From the NCBI GenBank assembly GCA_040004125.1, contig JBDUBL010000005.1, positions 1-52,437 on the forward strand: a DNA stretch of 52,437 nucleotides. The letters run 5' to 3'. This DNA comes from Actinomycetota bacterium (lineage in GTDB: Bacteria > Actinomycetota > UBA4738 > HRBIN12). The notes under the pieces are model-generated. The model had not been told where the DNA came from. It worked only from the letters and a program-made list of their open reading frames with translations, and did not search any database. Position 1 is the stretch's first letter; each line of letters starts with the position of its first letter. Both the position numbers and the translations under genes were made by a program. Shown in pieces: positions 1-9,907 of the stretch.

Positions 1-81
1 GTTCTCGTAGGACCGCGGGTTCCGCGCACGGGTTGCCTGTGGTAGGAATAGCTTGGCTGGCGTCGAGCGGGGAGGGCAAGA

Positions 82-1383
82 GTGAGGGCCACGCGTTGCT
101 TGCCGCTCGTCGCGCTCCTGCTGGTGGCACTACTCGGTCCGATGGCATCGGCTAGCGCCCGTTCGACCGTCCGCGTCAGCGAGGGGCCCAACGGGCAGGA
201 CGCGAGCGCTAACAGCTCGTGGCCCTCCGTCTCGGCGAGCGGTCGGTTCATCGCCTTCTCCTCCTGGGCGTCCAACCTCGTGCCAAACGACACCAACGAC
301 GCCTCGGACATCTTCGTGCGCGATCTCAAGACTGGTGTGACCACGCTCCTCAGCGTTGCGTCCGACGGCGGGCAAGCGAACGGCAGCAGCTTCACGCCGT
401 CGATCTCTGCCAACGGCGACGTCGTCGCGTTTCGGTCCGATGCCGCGAACCTGATCGCGGGAGACATCGAGGGCCACACCGACGTGTTCGCGCGGACGAT
501 CTCGACCGGCTTGACGGTGCGGGCCAGCCAGCGCCCCTCGGGCGTCGGGGCGAACCACGACAGCGGTGAGGCGGCGATCTCGGGCGACGGGCGCGTCGTC
601 GCCTTCAGTTCGGTTGCGACCAACCTCGTGTCGGTTCCGGTGAACGTCACGGGACTGTGCTGCGACATCTATGTACACAAGCTCGCGAACGGGAGCAACC
701 GGCTCGGCGACCCGATGCTGGACGGGCGGGGTGCCTCCGACAGCTTCGGCCCAGTCTTGTCCGAGACGGGACGGTTCCTGGCGTTCGGCTCGTGGGGATG
801 CGGGATCGCCGACGGCGTCGAGTGTCTGGACGAGAGCAACGTGTATGAACTGGATCTGAAGACGGACGCGATGACACTGGTGACGCGAGCCTACGAAGGT
901 AGCATCGGGCTCGGCTGCGGCGCGAACCCGGCGATCTCGGCAGACGGCACACGAGTGGCCTTCATCTCAGACGCGGGAAACCTCGTTCGCGGCGACACGA
1001 ACAGCGCAACGGACGTGTTCGTGCGGAACCTCACCACCGGTGTCACTCGCCGTGTCAACGTGACATCGAAGGGCGCGCAGACGAACGGGGGCTTCGGGCG
1101 CATCGCGATCAGCGGGACGGGGCGATGGATCGCGTTCGGGTCCGACGCGTGGAACATCGTCCCCGGCGATGCGAACCTGGTGCAGGACATCTTCGTGCAC
1201 GATATGCGAACGGGTGCCACGAGACGGGTCAGTGTGAGTTCGGGCGGCGTCGAGGCCGACGCCTACAGCACGAACCCCGCGATCGCCTCCAACGGCAGTG
1301 CGATCGCCTTCGAGTCCGACGCCGGCAGCCTGGTCTCATCCGACACCAACATCACGACCGACGTCTTCGCCCGGCTGACGTGA
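82..1383 (+). CDS. Secreted TolB-like beta-propeller (PD40-type repeat) protein
   Basis: Signal peptide; repeated PSISADGRxVAFxSxAxNLV...DTN...DVFV units; GGAGGG upstream of GTG. Confidence 0.85.
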   Translation: MRATRCLPLVALLLVALLGPMASASARSTVRVSEGPNGQDASANSSWPSVSASGRFIAFSSWASNLVPNDTNDASDIFVRDLKTGVTTLLSVASDGGQANGSSFTPSISANGDVVAFRSDAANLIAGDIEGHTDVFARTISTGLTVRASQRPSGVGANHDSGEAAISGDGRVVAFSSVATNLVSVPVNVTGLCCDIYVHKLANGSNRLGDPMLDGRGASDSFGPVLSETGRFLAFGSWGCGIADGVECLDESNVYELDLKTDAMTLVTRAYEGSIGLGCGANPAISADGTRVAFISDAGNLVRGDTNSATDVFVRNLTTGVTRRVNVTSKGAQTNGGFGRIAISGTGRWIAFGSDAWNIVPGDANLVQDIFVHDMRTGATRRVSVSSGGVEADAYSTNPAIASNGSAIAFESDAGSLVSSDTNITTDVFARLT

Positions 1384-1479
1384 CACCGGCCGAAATTGAC
1401 CGACCCGCGGGTTCGCGGTAGGTTTGGAGTCCTACGCTGAAAAGCGCACGACGCCAAGCAAGCCAACGGAGAGGGAGAC

Positions 1480-2130
1480 ATGCGGAAGCTGACGGCACTG
1501 ATCGGGATGAGCGCACTTGCCCTTGCGACGGGGTTGCTGGCCCTTCCGCCTGCTTCCGGAGCAAGCGGCACCGAATGCACAGACACGCTGGCGCCAGGCA
1601 CGTATCGGCAAGTGATCGTTCCCGAGGGTGCCGTTTGCCTCAGCGAGGGTCCCATCCGGATCCAGTCGGGCCTGTGGATCCGTTCCGGTGCCACCTTCGT
1701 CCTCGGCAGCGAGGAGAGCGGATGGACGACGGGCACGATCGGCGGCGGCGTCCACGCCACCGATCCAGCCTCCGTGCAGATCCACTTCGCAACGATCAAC
1801 GGCGGCATCGACATACAGGGCGGCTCCGGCCCGTTCGGTCCTCCGTTCGACGTCACCTGGAACGCGATCGAGGACAACCTCATCCACGGCGGCGTGACGG
1901 TCGATGGCTACGACGGGTTCTGGTTCGGGTTTATCCGCAACCATGTCGATGGGACCGTGTCGCTGCGCAACAACACGCTGACGGATCCCGACGGGAATGA
2001 ATACGTCACGAACACTATCCACGGGAGCCTGACGTGCTGGGGGAACTGGCCCGCGCCGCAGGAGGGCGACTCACAGGGCCTGCTGAACACCGTGACCGGG
2101 CGGAAGTCCGGTCAGTGTGCGAGCCGGTAG
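1480..2130 (+). CDS. Secreted hypothetical protein, probably beta-rich
   Basis: RBS GAGGGAG before ATG; signal peptide ending ASG; four Cys; Gly/Asn/Thr-rich. Confidence 0.75.
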   Translation: MRKLTALIGMSALALATGLLALPPASGASGTECTDTLAPGTYRQVIVPEGAVCLSEGPIRIQSGLWIRSGATFVLGSEESGWTTGTIGGGVHATDPASVQIHFATINGGIDIQGGSGPFGPPFDVTWNAIEDNLIHGGVTVDGYDGFWFGFIRNHVDGTVSLRNNTLTDPDGNEYVTNTIHGSLTCWGNWPAPQEGDSQGLLNTVTGRKSGQCASR

Positions 2131-2145
2131 GGCAGCGCGGGTCGA

Positions 2146-2191
2146 CCTGACCGGTTCAGCCTGACCGGTTCAGCCTGACCGGTTCAGCCTG
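2146..2191. repeat. Tandem repeat, 3 x CCTGACCGGTTCAG (14 bp) plus partial copy
   Basis: Exact copies at 2146, 2160 and 2174, then CCTG; lies between convergent genes and includes the stop of the LLM gene. Confidence 0.95.
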
Positions 2192-3143
2192 CCCGCAGCA
2201 TCGCGACGGCCTCGCCGGCACGATGTACATCATCGACCGTCGAGCCCGACGGCATATTGAAGATGAGCCCTTGCAAACCTGCGTCCAGGAACGCGCGAGC
2301 CTGCTCGGCGACGTGTGCGCGGTCTCCCCAGATCAAGCGCATCGCGACGTCGGCATCCTCGACCCCACGACCTTCCTGCCAGGCACGACGTCGGCGATCG
2401 GCATCCTCGCTGGTCTCCCCCACGATCAGCGTGCCGAGTCGCGTCGCGACGATCTCGGATCGATCGCGCCCCTCCGCCGCACAATGCTCCGCCAGCACGT
2501 GCAGCTTGTGCCGGACCATGGCGAGGTCGCCGAACCCGTTCCACATGTCCGCGTACCTCGCGGTCAGTCGCAGCGTCTTGCGCTCTCCGCCGCCGCCCAC
2601 GAGGATCGGCGGGCCTCCGGGACGGGCCGGCTGGGGCACATTCAGCGCGCCATCGACGGCGTGGATCGTGCCGTGCATCGTCGACTCGGGCTGCGTGAAC
2701 ATCGATCGGCAGATCTGCAAGGCGTCCTCGAGCCGCTCGAACCGTTCGGTGGCCGACGGCCACGGGTAGCCGTAGGCTCGCGATTCCTCCTCGTTCCAGG
2801 CGGCGCCGATCCCGAGGATCGCGCGACCCGACGAAATGATGTCGAGCGTCGTGACGACTTTCGCTAGGAACGCGGGGTTGCGATAGGTGACGCCGGTGAC
2901 CATCGCGCCGAGCTGGATCCGCGTCGTCCGCGCCGCGACCCCGCCGAGCAGCGTGTAGGCCTCGAGCATAGGGTCGGTGACCGGCCCGACGTTGGCGATC
3001 TGATGGTAGTGATCCATCACCCAGAACGAATCGAACCCCGCCACCTCGGCTGCGACGGCGACCTCCGAGATGCGCTCGAACAACCGGTCGTCGGGAACAT
3101 CGGCGAAGGTGAAGCTCGGTAGCTGGAGTCCGAAATGCGACAC
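2184..3143 (-). CDS. LLM-class (probably F420-dependent) oxidoreductase
   Basis: FGLQLPSF start, WVMDHYHQ, LGAMVTGVTYRNPA, GGGGERKTL motifs; GTG at 3143 preceded by GAGAGGGA. Confidence 0.9.
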   Translation of the reverse strand: MSHFGLQLPSFTFADVPDDRLFERISEVAVAAEVAGFDSFWVMDHYHQIANVGPVTDPMLEAYTLLGGVAARTTRIQLGAMVTGVTYRNPAFLAKVVTTLDIISSGRAILGIGAAWNEEESRAYGYPWPSATERFERLEDALQICRSMFTQPESTMHGTIHAVDGALNVPQPARPGGPPILVGGGGERKTLRLTARYADMWNGFGDLAMVRHKLHVLAEHCAAEGRDRSEIVATRLGTLIVGETSEDADRRRRAWQEGRGVEDADVAMRLIWGDRAHVAEQARAFLDAGLQGLIFNMPSGSTVDDVHRAGEAVAMLRAG

Positions 3144-3280
3144 GGCGCGCTCCCTCTCGTGATCGGCGCGCGTCCGCCTCCACGGACGTGCAGGCGACAA
3201 GGATAGGCGCCCGCGCATGCAACCGATCCGCCGAGCTACGCGTCTTTCCCGTAAGGCACGAACGGGAGAAGGAGGAACGG

Positions 3281-3769
3281 ATGCGCAAAGTGATGATCGC
3301 GATCACCGCCGCGGCGATCGCATGCGGCGGTGCGTGGGTGGCGCACGCAGGAACTACCGGCGGTAGGACGCCGTTACGCTGCATGGATACCGTTTGGCAA
3401 CAGAGCATGGTCACGACATCCTCGAAGACCTTCTCGAACGTGCCAGGGCTTGGTGATTCCCCCGCATCGATCTACCCGATCGCGATCGACGTGAGCGCGG
3501 TCGTGTCGGGGCCGCCGGTCGAGTTCCGCATCGTGAGCACGAACGTAGGCGCACAGACGGGCACCAGCGAGCCCGGTCGGACCCGGTTCGTTCCGAGTGG
3601 TGGCGGACCCGATTCGTTCTCGTTCGAATGGGTCGAGCCCAACCAGTCGGCGGCGGTGCACGTCAACGACCTGCGGCTGCAGTGGCGAAGCCCCAGCGGC
3701 GGAGAGGTGCGCATCCTCCGGGGCGACCTGTCGGTGGTCTATGACACCGAGTCGGGATCGTGCGTCTAG
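3281..3769 (+). CDS. Secreted hypothetical protein
   Basis: Strong RBS AAGGAGGA; signal peptide ending AHA; beta-strand-like mature part. Confidence 0.75.
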   Translation: MRKVMIAITAAAIACGGAWVAHAGTTGGRTPLRCMDTVWQQSMVTTSSKTFSNVPGLGDSPASIYPIAIDVSAVVSGPPVEFRIVSTNVGAQTGTSEPGRTRFVPSGGGPDSFSFEWVEPNQSAAVHVNDLRLQWRSPSGGEVRILRGDLSVVYDTESGSCV

Positions 3770-3781
3770 AAGTTGCCCGGG

Positions 3782-5200
3782 TCAATCCCGATGATTTGGC
3801 CCGCGAGGATCGGGGTTGTGCCAGCCACCGGCGCCATCGATCAGGAGGTCCGCCCGTGCTGGCCCCCACGATCCGCTCGCATACGTATGCACGGGTGTCG
3901 CGTCGCCCAGCACCGGATCGACGATCTCCCAGGACCGCTCGACGATGTCTTGGCGAGAGAACAACTCCGCGTCGCCTTCCATCGCGTCGGTCAACAACCG
4001 TTGGTACGGCGACACCTCCTCGGCGAGGCGATGTTCGGCGACGAGCTCGACGTCTTGGCCGGCCATCCGATCCCCCGGCAGCTTCGTGCGGGCGCCCAAC
4101 GAGATGTCCACGTCCGGACCGAGGCGGAACACCACGTGGTTCGGATGCGCCGCCCCGGCTTCGCCGAACACATCCCGCGGCGGCCGCTTCAGCTCCACCA
4201 GGACCTCGGTCGCGGTGACCGCCATCCGTTTCCCGGCCCGGATGTAAAACGGCACACCCGCCCATCGCCACGTCTCGACGGCCAGGCGGAGCGCGACATA
4301 GGTCTCGACGGTCGATCGCGGATCGACCCCCTTGGACCCCAGATACCCGTCGAACTGCCCGCGGACGACGTCGTCCGGGGTCAACGGACGGATCGCCTTC
4401 AGCAAGCGGATCCGCTCGGTCAAGAACACGTCGCGGTCAAACCCGCTCGGCGGCTCCATCGCGACGAGCGCGAGCACCTGGAGCAGATGGTTCTGCACCA
4501 CATCGCGGATCGCCCCGACCTGATCGTAGAACTGACCGCGCTGGCGCACGCCGAACTTCTCCGCCATCGTGATCTGCACGCTGTCCACGTGGTTGCGGTT
4601 CCACAGCGGCTCCAAGAACGAGTTCGCGAACCGGAAGTACGCGAGGTTCTGCACCGGCTCCTTCCCGAGGAAGTGATCGATCCGGAAGATCGCCTCTTCC
4701 GGGAAGACCCGGCGGATCACCGCGTTGAGCTGCCGGGCCGACGCGAGGTCGCGACCGAATGGCTTCTCGATCACGACACGCGCGTGCTCGGCAGACCCGG
4801 CGCTCTCGATGTGCTCGATCACCGGCTCGAACAACGACGGCGGGATCGCCAGGTAGTACAGGGGATGTTTGGCGGCGCCGAGGGCTGCGCGCAGGCGACC
4901 GAAGGTCTCCGGATCGGTGTAGTCCCCATCCACGTACTCGAACGAGGACGTCAGCTTCGCGAACGCGGCGGCATCGACGCCGCCGTGTTCCTCGAGGCTG
5001 GCTCGCATCCGATCCAGCAGCGTGGCGCGGCTCCACCCCGACCGGGCGACGCCGATCACGGGTACGTCGAGATCCTTGCGCTGCACCATGGCTTGCAGGG
5101 CAGGGATGACCTTCTGGTATGCGAGGTCGCCCGTGATACCGAAAAGCACGAGGGCATCCGAACGCCCGTTGCCTCGCCGTGCTGCGGCCTGTCCTCGCAT
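3782..5200 (-). CDS. zwf: Glucose-6-phosphate 1-dehydrogenase
   Basis: FGITGDLA nucleotide-binding motif, [23 protein letters not shown]. Confidence 0.96.
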   Translation of the reverse strand: MRGQAAARRGNGRSDALVLFGITGDLAYQKVIPALQAMVQRKDLDVPVIGVARSGWSRATLLDRMRASLEEHGGVDAAAFAKLTSSFEYVDGDYTDPETFGRLRAALGAAKHPLYYLAIPPSLFEPVIEHIESAGSAEHARVVIEKPFGRDLASARQLNAVIRRVFPEEAIFRIDHFLGKEPVQNLAYFRFANSFLEPLWNRNHVDSVQITMAEKFGVRQRGQFYDQVGAIRDVVQNHLLQVLALVAMEPPSGFDRDVFLTERIRLLKAIRPLTPDDVVRGQFDGYLGSKGVDPRSTVETYVALRLAVETWRWAGVPFYIRAGKRMAVTATEVLVELKRPPRDVFGEAGAAHPNHVVFRLGPDVDISLGARTKLPGDRMAGQDVELVAEHRLAEEVSPYQRLLTDAMEGDAELFSRQDIVERSWEIVDPVLGDATPVHTYASGSWGPARADLLIDGAGGWHNPDPRGPNHRD

Positions 5201-5257
5201 GCCCCCAGGCTACGGCTTCGTTCGCCTAGCATGGTCCGCTATGAGGAGCGGAGCCCC

Positions 5258-6292
5258 GTGACGACGGATCGGCCGACGGACATTGGGATGGTGGGGCTCG
5301 GCCGGATGGGCTCCAACCTGGTCCGCCGCCTGCTCCGCGACGGCCACCGCTGCGCGGGCTTCGACGTCGATCCGACCGCCGTCGAAGCGGTTCGCGGGGA
5401 GGGCGCGACCGGCGCTGGCTCGCTTGCCGCGCTCGTCGATGCTCTGCCGACCCCGCGGAACGTGTGGGTGATGCTGCCCGCGGGCGAGATCACCGAGCGG
5501 GCCGTTTCGGACCTGTCGGACCTCTTGGCCCCGGGCGACGCGATCATCGACGGGGGCAACACCCACTATGTGGACGACCTCCGCCGAGGGGAGACCCTCG
5601 CCGCCCGCGGCATCCACGCCGTGGACGTCGGCGTTTCGGGCGGGGTCTATGGGTTGGAGCGCGGGTTCTGTTTGATGGTCGGCGCAGAGGACGAGGTCTT
5701 CGAGCGGCTGGAACCGCTGTTCGTGTCCCTCGCACCCGGCCTCGAGGCGGCGAGACGGACCCGTGGCCGCAGCGGAACACCTGCCGCCGCCGAGATGGGC
5801 TACCTCCACTGCGGACCGGTCGGGAGCGGGCACTTCGTCAAGATGGTGCACAACGGGATCGAGTACGGGCTGATGGCCGCGCTCGCCGAGGGGTTGAACG
5901 TGCTGCACCACGCCGATGCCGGCGCGCGGGCCAGGGCCTTGGATGCCGAGACGACACCGCTGGAACACCCGGAGCGGTACCGCTTCTCGCTCGACGTCGC
6001 CGATGTCGCCGAGGTGTGGCGTCGCGGCAGCGTCGTCTCGTCGTGGCTACTCGACCTGGCTGCCGCCGCCTTGCACGAGTCGCCCCAGCTAGAGGGTTTC
6101 GCCGGGCGGGTCAGCGACTCGGGCGAGGGGCGATGGACCGCGATCGCCGCGATCGAAGAGGGCGTGCCGGCCCCCGTGCTGTCGGCGGCATTGTTCGCCC
6201 GGTTCGACTCACGGGGCGAGGCCGAATACGCGAACCGGATCCTGTCGGCGATGCGCAAGGAATTCGGTGGTCACGTCGAGAAGGGAACATGA
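5258..6292 (+). CDS. gnd: Short-type decarboxylating 6-phosphogluconate dehydrogenase (YqeC/GntZ-like)
   Basis: GMVGLGRMG, IDGGN, GHFVKMVHNGIEYG, DSGEGRW, MRKEFGGH; GTG 5258 after GAGGAG (upstream part of the listed ORF is antisense to zwf). Confidence 0.95.
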   Translation: MTTDRPTDIGMVGLGRMGSNLVRRLLRDGHRCAGFDVDPTAVEAVRGEGATGAGSLAALVDALPTPRNVWVMLPAGEITERAVSDLSDLLAPGDAIIDGGNTHYVDDLRRGETLAARGIHAVDVGVSGGVYGLERGFCLMVGAEDEVFERLEPLFVSLAPGLEAARRTRGRSGTPAAAEMGYLHCGPVGSGHFVKMVHNGIEYGLMAALAEGLNVLHHADAGARARALDAETTPLEHPERYRFSLDVADVAEVWRRGSVVSSWLLDLAAAALHESPQLEGFAGRVSDSGEGRWTAIAAIEEGVPAPVLSAALFARFDSRGEAEYANRILSAMRKEFGGHVEKGT

Positions 6293-7018
6293 GTGGACCC
6301 GGCGTCGGTCCGGATCTCGGTCGACGTGCGGGACGATGCGCCGCGCGCGGCGCGTCGGGCCGCCGCCCTCCTCGCAACCGCGTGTCGGGACTCAGTGCGT
6401 GCCCGAGGCTCGTGCGAGATCGCTGTGTCCGGCGGCACCACACCGTGGGCGATGTTCGCGGCCCTCGCGGACGAGGACGTCCCCTGGAGCGCTCTGGGCA
6501 TCTGGCAGGTCGACGAGCGGATCGCACCGCGTGGGCACGAAGATCGCGGCCTGACGCACCTCCTGGGATCGTTGCCCGAGGAAGGCCGCCCGCACGTGCG
6601 CCCCATGCCCGTGGATGAGGTGGATCCGGGCGATGACGCGGCGCTCGAGGCCGCCGCCCGGACGTACGCCGCGACGCTGCCCGAACGGTTCGACGTCGTC
6701 CACCTCGGGCTCGGGGCGGATGGGCACACGGCGTCGCTCGTCCCCGGCGACCCGGTGTTGGACGTCGCCGACCGAGACGTCGCTTCAACGGACCCCTACC
6801 AAGGCCGGCGGCGGATGACGCTGACGTTCCCCGCGCTCGATCGCGCACGACAGATCCTGTGGGTCGCGACGGGCGCCTCGAAGGCCCGTCCCGTGCGGAT
6901 GCTCGTGCAGCGTGACCAGTCGATCCCGGCGTCGCGCGTCGCGGCCGGCGTGCAAGACGCGGTTGTGGATCGCGCGGCGGCGGGACCTTCGGACATCCCG
7001 CGGCCAGGCCGGCGCTAG
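6293..7018 (+). CDS. pgl: 6-phosphogluconolactonase
   Basis: SGGTTP, VDER, LGLGADGHTASL, RMTLT; abuts gnd. Confidence 0.92.
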   Translation: MDPASVRISVDVRDDAPRAARRAAALLATACRDSVRARGSCEIAVSGGTTPWAMFAALADEDVPWSALGIWQVDERIAPRGHEDRGLTHLLGSLPEEGRPHVRPMPVDEVDPGDDAALEAAARTYAATLPERFDVVHLGLGADGHTASLVPGDPVLDVADRDVASTDPYQGRRRMTLTFPALDRARQILWVATGASKARPVRMLVQRDQSIPASRVAAGVQDAVVDRAAAGPSDIPRPGRR

Positions 7019-7020
7019 CG

Positions 7021-7791
7021 ATGCGCGTGGGCCTGCCCGAGGACGCCGTCGAGCTCTTCCGCTTCGCCCCCGAGCGGTTCGTCGCCGCGCGCGACGCCCT
7101 CGTGCGACGGCTGCGCGACGAGGGCCGAGATGACGATGCCGCCGCCGTGAAGGCGCTGCGCAAACCGACCGCCGTGGTGTGGGCCCTGAACCAACTCGCC
7201 GTGCGCGACCCCGACGCGCTGGCCACGTTGTTCGAGGCAGGTCGAGATCTCCGGTCCGCGCAACAGACCGCGCTCGCGGGCAAGCCGAGCGGCGCGGAGG
7301 AACTCCGGGCTGCAGCCACGGCTCGTCGCGACGCGGTGGCCCGGTCGCGCAACGCCGCGATCGCGATCCTCGACGAGGCGGGCCACCGCGGCGCGGGACA
7401 GGCAGATGTGCTCACATCGGCTCTGGAAACGGCATCGACCGACATGGCGATCGGAGCGTCGCTCGCGTCGGGAACGCTGGAGAAGGCGCCGGCGGTCGCC
7501 GCGGGCCTCGGCTTCGGGGACATGCCGTCGATCGCCGTGCTTCCCGGGGGCTCGACGGATCCGGTGCCGAGGAGCGCGAGCACACGAACGGGAGTCGCGC
7601 GTCTGCGGAAGGAGCGGGACGCGACGCGGAAGGCCGCCACCGGTCGCCGCGCCACCGCCGACCGATTGGCGCGGCAGGTCGCAGACGCACGCGTCCACCT
7701 GGAGCAACTCGAACGCGACCATGCGGCGGCGGAATCCGAGGCGCTCGCCGCCGAGACGGAGGCCGAGCGCGCCGAGCGCCGTCACACCTGA
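7021..7791 (+). CDS. Hypothetical helical/coiled-coil protein
   Basis: PERFVAARDAL and LRKPTAVVWALNQL resemble a common actinobacterial hypothetical family; directly follows pgl. Confidence 0.7.
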   Translation: MRVGLPEDAVELFRFAPERFVAARDALVRRLRDEGRDDDAAAVKALRKPTAVVWALNQLAVRDPDALATLFEAGRDLRSAQQTALAGKPSGAEELRAAATARRDAVARSRNAAIAILDEAGHRGAGQADVLTSALETASTDMAIGASLASGTLEKAPAVAAGLGFGDMPSIAVLPGGSTDPVPRSASTRTGVARLRKERDATRKAATGRRATADRLARQVADARVHLEQLERDHAAAESEALAAETEAERAERRHT

Positions 7792-8954
7792 TGATGCAGG
7801 GGCTTGGTGAGGCCCTCCAAGACACGCTGCGTGAGCGAGCGATCCTCCCAATCTCCTCGCGTGACGGCATCGCTGCGACCGAGGTCGTCGTCGAAGTGCT
7901 CGTCGAGCGCGGTCACGACCTCGGGATCCAAAACGACGAGATTGATCTCCTCGTCCAGCTCGGTCGACCGCGCATTCACATTGGCCGAGCCCACCATCGC
8001 GAGGATCCCGTCGACCGTCATCACCTTGGCGTGCAACATCGAGGGCTGGAAGTACCAGATGCTGATCCCGTGCTCGAGGAGCTCCGCGAAAGCCGCCTCT
8101 CCCGCGAGCTGCACGAAGCGCTTGTCGGCGTTGGGGCCGGGCAAGAGGATCTCGACCTCGACACCGCGATCTGCCGCCGCGCATAGCCGCTGCGTCATCG
8201 CCGAGTCGGGCACGAAGTAAGCCGTGGCGATCCGAACCCGCTGCTCGGCAAGCTGCAGCAACGCGTTGAAGAGCGTGGAGACGTCGCTCATTCCCGCCTC
8301 CGACGCACCCCGCACGCACTGGATCACCGAGGATCCCGGCTGCTCCTGTATCGGGAAACGGTCCACACGCATGTCGAAGAGGACGTCGTCGGTCTCGGCC
8401 CAGTTGTCGAGGAAGGCGGCGCGCAGTCCGTCGACCGCGGGTCCAACCACCCGGAAGTGCGTGTCGCGCCACTCCGATACGTTGCGCGAGTCGCCCTGCC
8501 ACTCGTCGGCGATGCCCACCCCGCCGGTGAACCCGATCGACTCATCCACGATCATCACCTTGCGGTGCGTACGGTGGTTCATCTTATGCGGCTCGAACTG
8601 CTTCAACGGCCGGAACCACCGCACCTGAACGCCGGCCTCCTGCATCTCATCGACCAGCGGCCGATCGATCGGATGACACCCCCAGCCGTCAAGCAGCGCG
8701 CGCACACGGACACCCGCGCGCGCGCGCTCGGACATCGCCTCGGCGAGCCGCGTGCCGATTTCGCCGCTCCAATACACGAAGGTGAGGAAATCGATCGTGT
8801 GTTGGGCGCCCGCGATGGCCTCCAACATGTCGGGGAAGATCTGGTCGCCGTTGCGAAGGATCGAGACGTGGTTGCCCTCGGTCATGGGCACGCCGATGAT
8901 GCCCTCGAGGGTGCGCCGCACCGTTGCGGTTCGATCGGTGACCGACGCGTTCAT
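7782..8954 (-). CDS. cls: Cardiolipin synthase / phospholipase D family (ClsB-like, no N-terminal TM)
   Basis: Two HKD motifs (HRKVMIVD, HAKVMTVD); ATG 8954 overlaps upstream stop (ATGA). Confidence 0.9.
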   Translation of the reverse strand: MNASVTDRTATVRRTLEGIIGVPMTEGNHVSILRNGDQIFPDMLEAIAGAQHTIDFLTFVYWSGEIGTRLAEAMSERARAGVRVRALLDGWGCHPIDRPLVDEMQEAGVQVRWFRPLKQFEPHKMNHRTHRKVMIVDESIGFTGGVGIADEWQGDSRNVSEWRDTHFRVVGPAVDGLRAAFLDNWAETDDVLFDMRVDRFPIQEQPGSSVIQCVRGASEAGMSDVSTLFNALLQLAEQRVRIATAYFVPDSAMTQRLCAAADRGVEVEILLPGPNADKRFVQLAGEAAFAELLEHGISIWYFQPSMLHAKVMTVDGILAMVGSANVNARSTELDEEINLVVLDPEVVTALDEHFDDDLGRSDAVTRGDWEDRSLTQRVLEGLTKPLHHQV

Positions 8955-9907
8955 CGGGCGCTGAGCGTTGCGGGCTCTCCGGCCCCGTCGCGTGCCTTGC
9001 TCGCGTCCTGCGGCGTGGCCACACCCGCGCGCACCGCCTCGAGCTGGGCGGAAAGCGCCGCGCCGTAGAGGAACGACACCGAAGCCGCGAGCGCCCAGAA
9101 CATCAGCGCGACGATCCCCGCGAGCGGGCCGTAGGTCGCCCCGAACGTCGAGCTCAAACCGAACATCACATCGAGGCCGACCGTGACGAGCAGCAGGAGC
9201 ACGACCGACACGGCCGCCCCGAACGCGAGCCACGACCAGCCGGGCTGGTGACGCTTCGGCGCGTGACGGAACAGCAGGGCCGTGCCCATCCCCAGCAGCA
9301 CCAGCGCTAGGGGCCAGCGCACGATCGACCAGATCGTCGCCACGGTGGGGCTGCCGATAGAGGCGCCGATGTCTCTGCCGAGTGCCAGCGCGACCACCGC
9401 GACCACCAGCACGAGACCCGCGCTAAGGGCGAGCAGGACTGCTCGGACGTACTTATGCATCGTGGGACGATCCTGCTCGACGCCATAGATCCGGTTCAGC
9501 GCGCGTTCGATCTGGCCCATCAAGACGGCCGCCGTAAATGTGGCGCCGATCGTTCCCAGGATCAGCGCAACGGGGTGAGAGGACCCGGCCTGCCGGGCCT
9601 GCCCGGCCGCCTCGGTCAGCACCTGTCCGGTCGGCCCGGGCGCGACGGCGCGCAAGGTGTTCACGATCAGGTCGCGCGCGCCACCGGCACCGAGCACGCT
9701 GGCCAGGCCGACCAGCGCGATGACCCCTTGGACGAAGATCAGGGTGGTCGCATACGCCATCGAGCGCGCGTGGCTGAACCCATCGGCCCATCGCAAGCGG
9801 AGGAACGCGTCGCGCATCAGAGCCCCCCGACCGACGTTGGCCAAGGTCTCCGTCGCGTCGTCGCCGGTGAGGTTCCAGGTCTCCGGGACCTTGTTCGCGG
9901 TGCTCAT
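8951..9907 (-). CDS. YihY/BrkB family membrane protein
   Basis: About 6 TM segments, ALNRIY, TYGPLAGIVALMFW; ATGA coupling. Confidence 0.88.
   Translation of the reverse strand: MSTANKVPETWNLTGDDATETLANVGRGALMRDAFLRLRWADGFSHARSMAYATTLIFVQGVIALVGLASVLGAGGARDLIVNTLRAVAPGPTGQVLTEAAGQARQAGSSHPVALILGTIGATFTAAVLMGQIERALNRIYGVEQDRPTMHKYVRAVLLALSAGLVLVVAVVALALGRDIGASIGSPTVATIWSIVRWPLALVLLGMGTALLFRHAPKRHQPGWSWLAFGAAVSVVLLLLVTVGLDVMFGLSSTFGATYGPLAGIVALMFWALAASVSFLYGAALSAQLEAVRAGVATPQDASKARDGAGEPATLSAR

Noticed and set aside
13-1418. Similar CCGCGGGTTC(C)GCG words upstream of the first two secreted genes (about 13-26 and 1405-1418)
   Set aside because: Only two short GC-rich copies; chance similarity cannot be excluded
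2146-2191. Possible CRISPR array
   Set aside because: 14-bp units with no spacers and no cas genes
3773-5257. 839-aa ORF suggesting a long N-terminal fusion on gnd
   Set aside because: The first 495 codons are the antisense shadow of zwf; gnd has its own RBS and start at 5258
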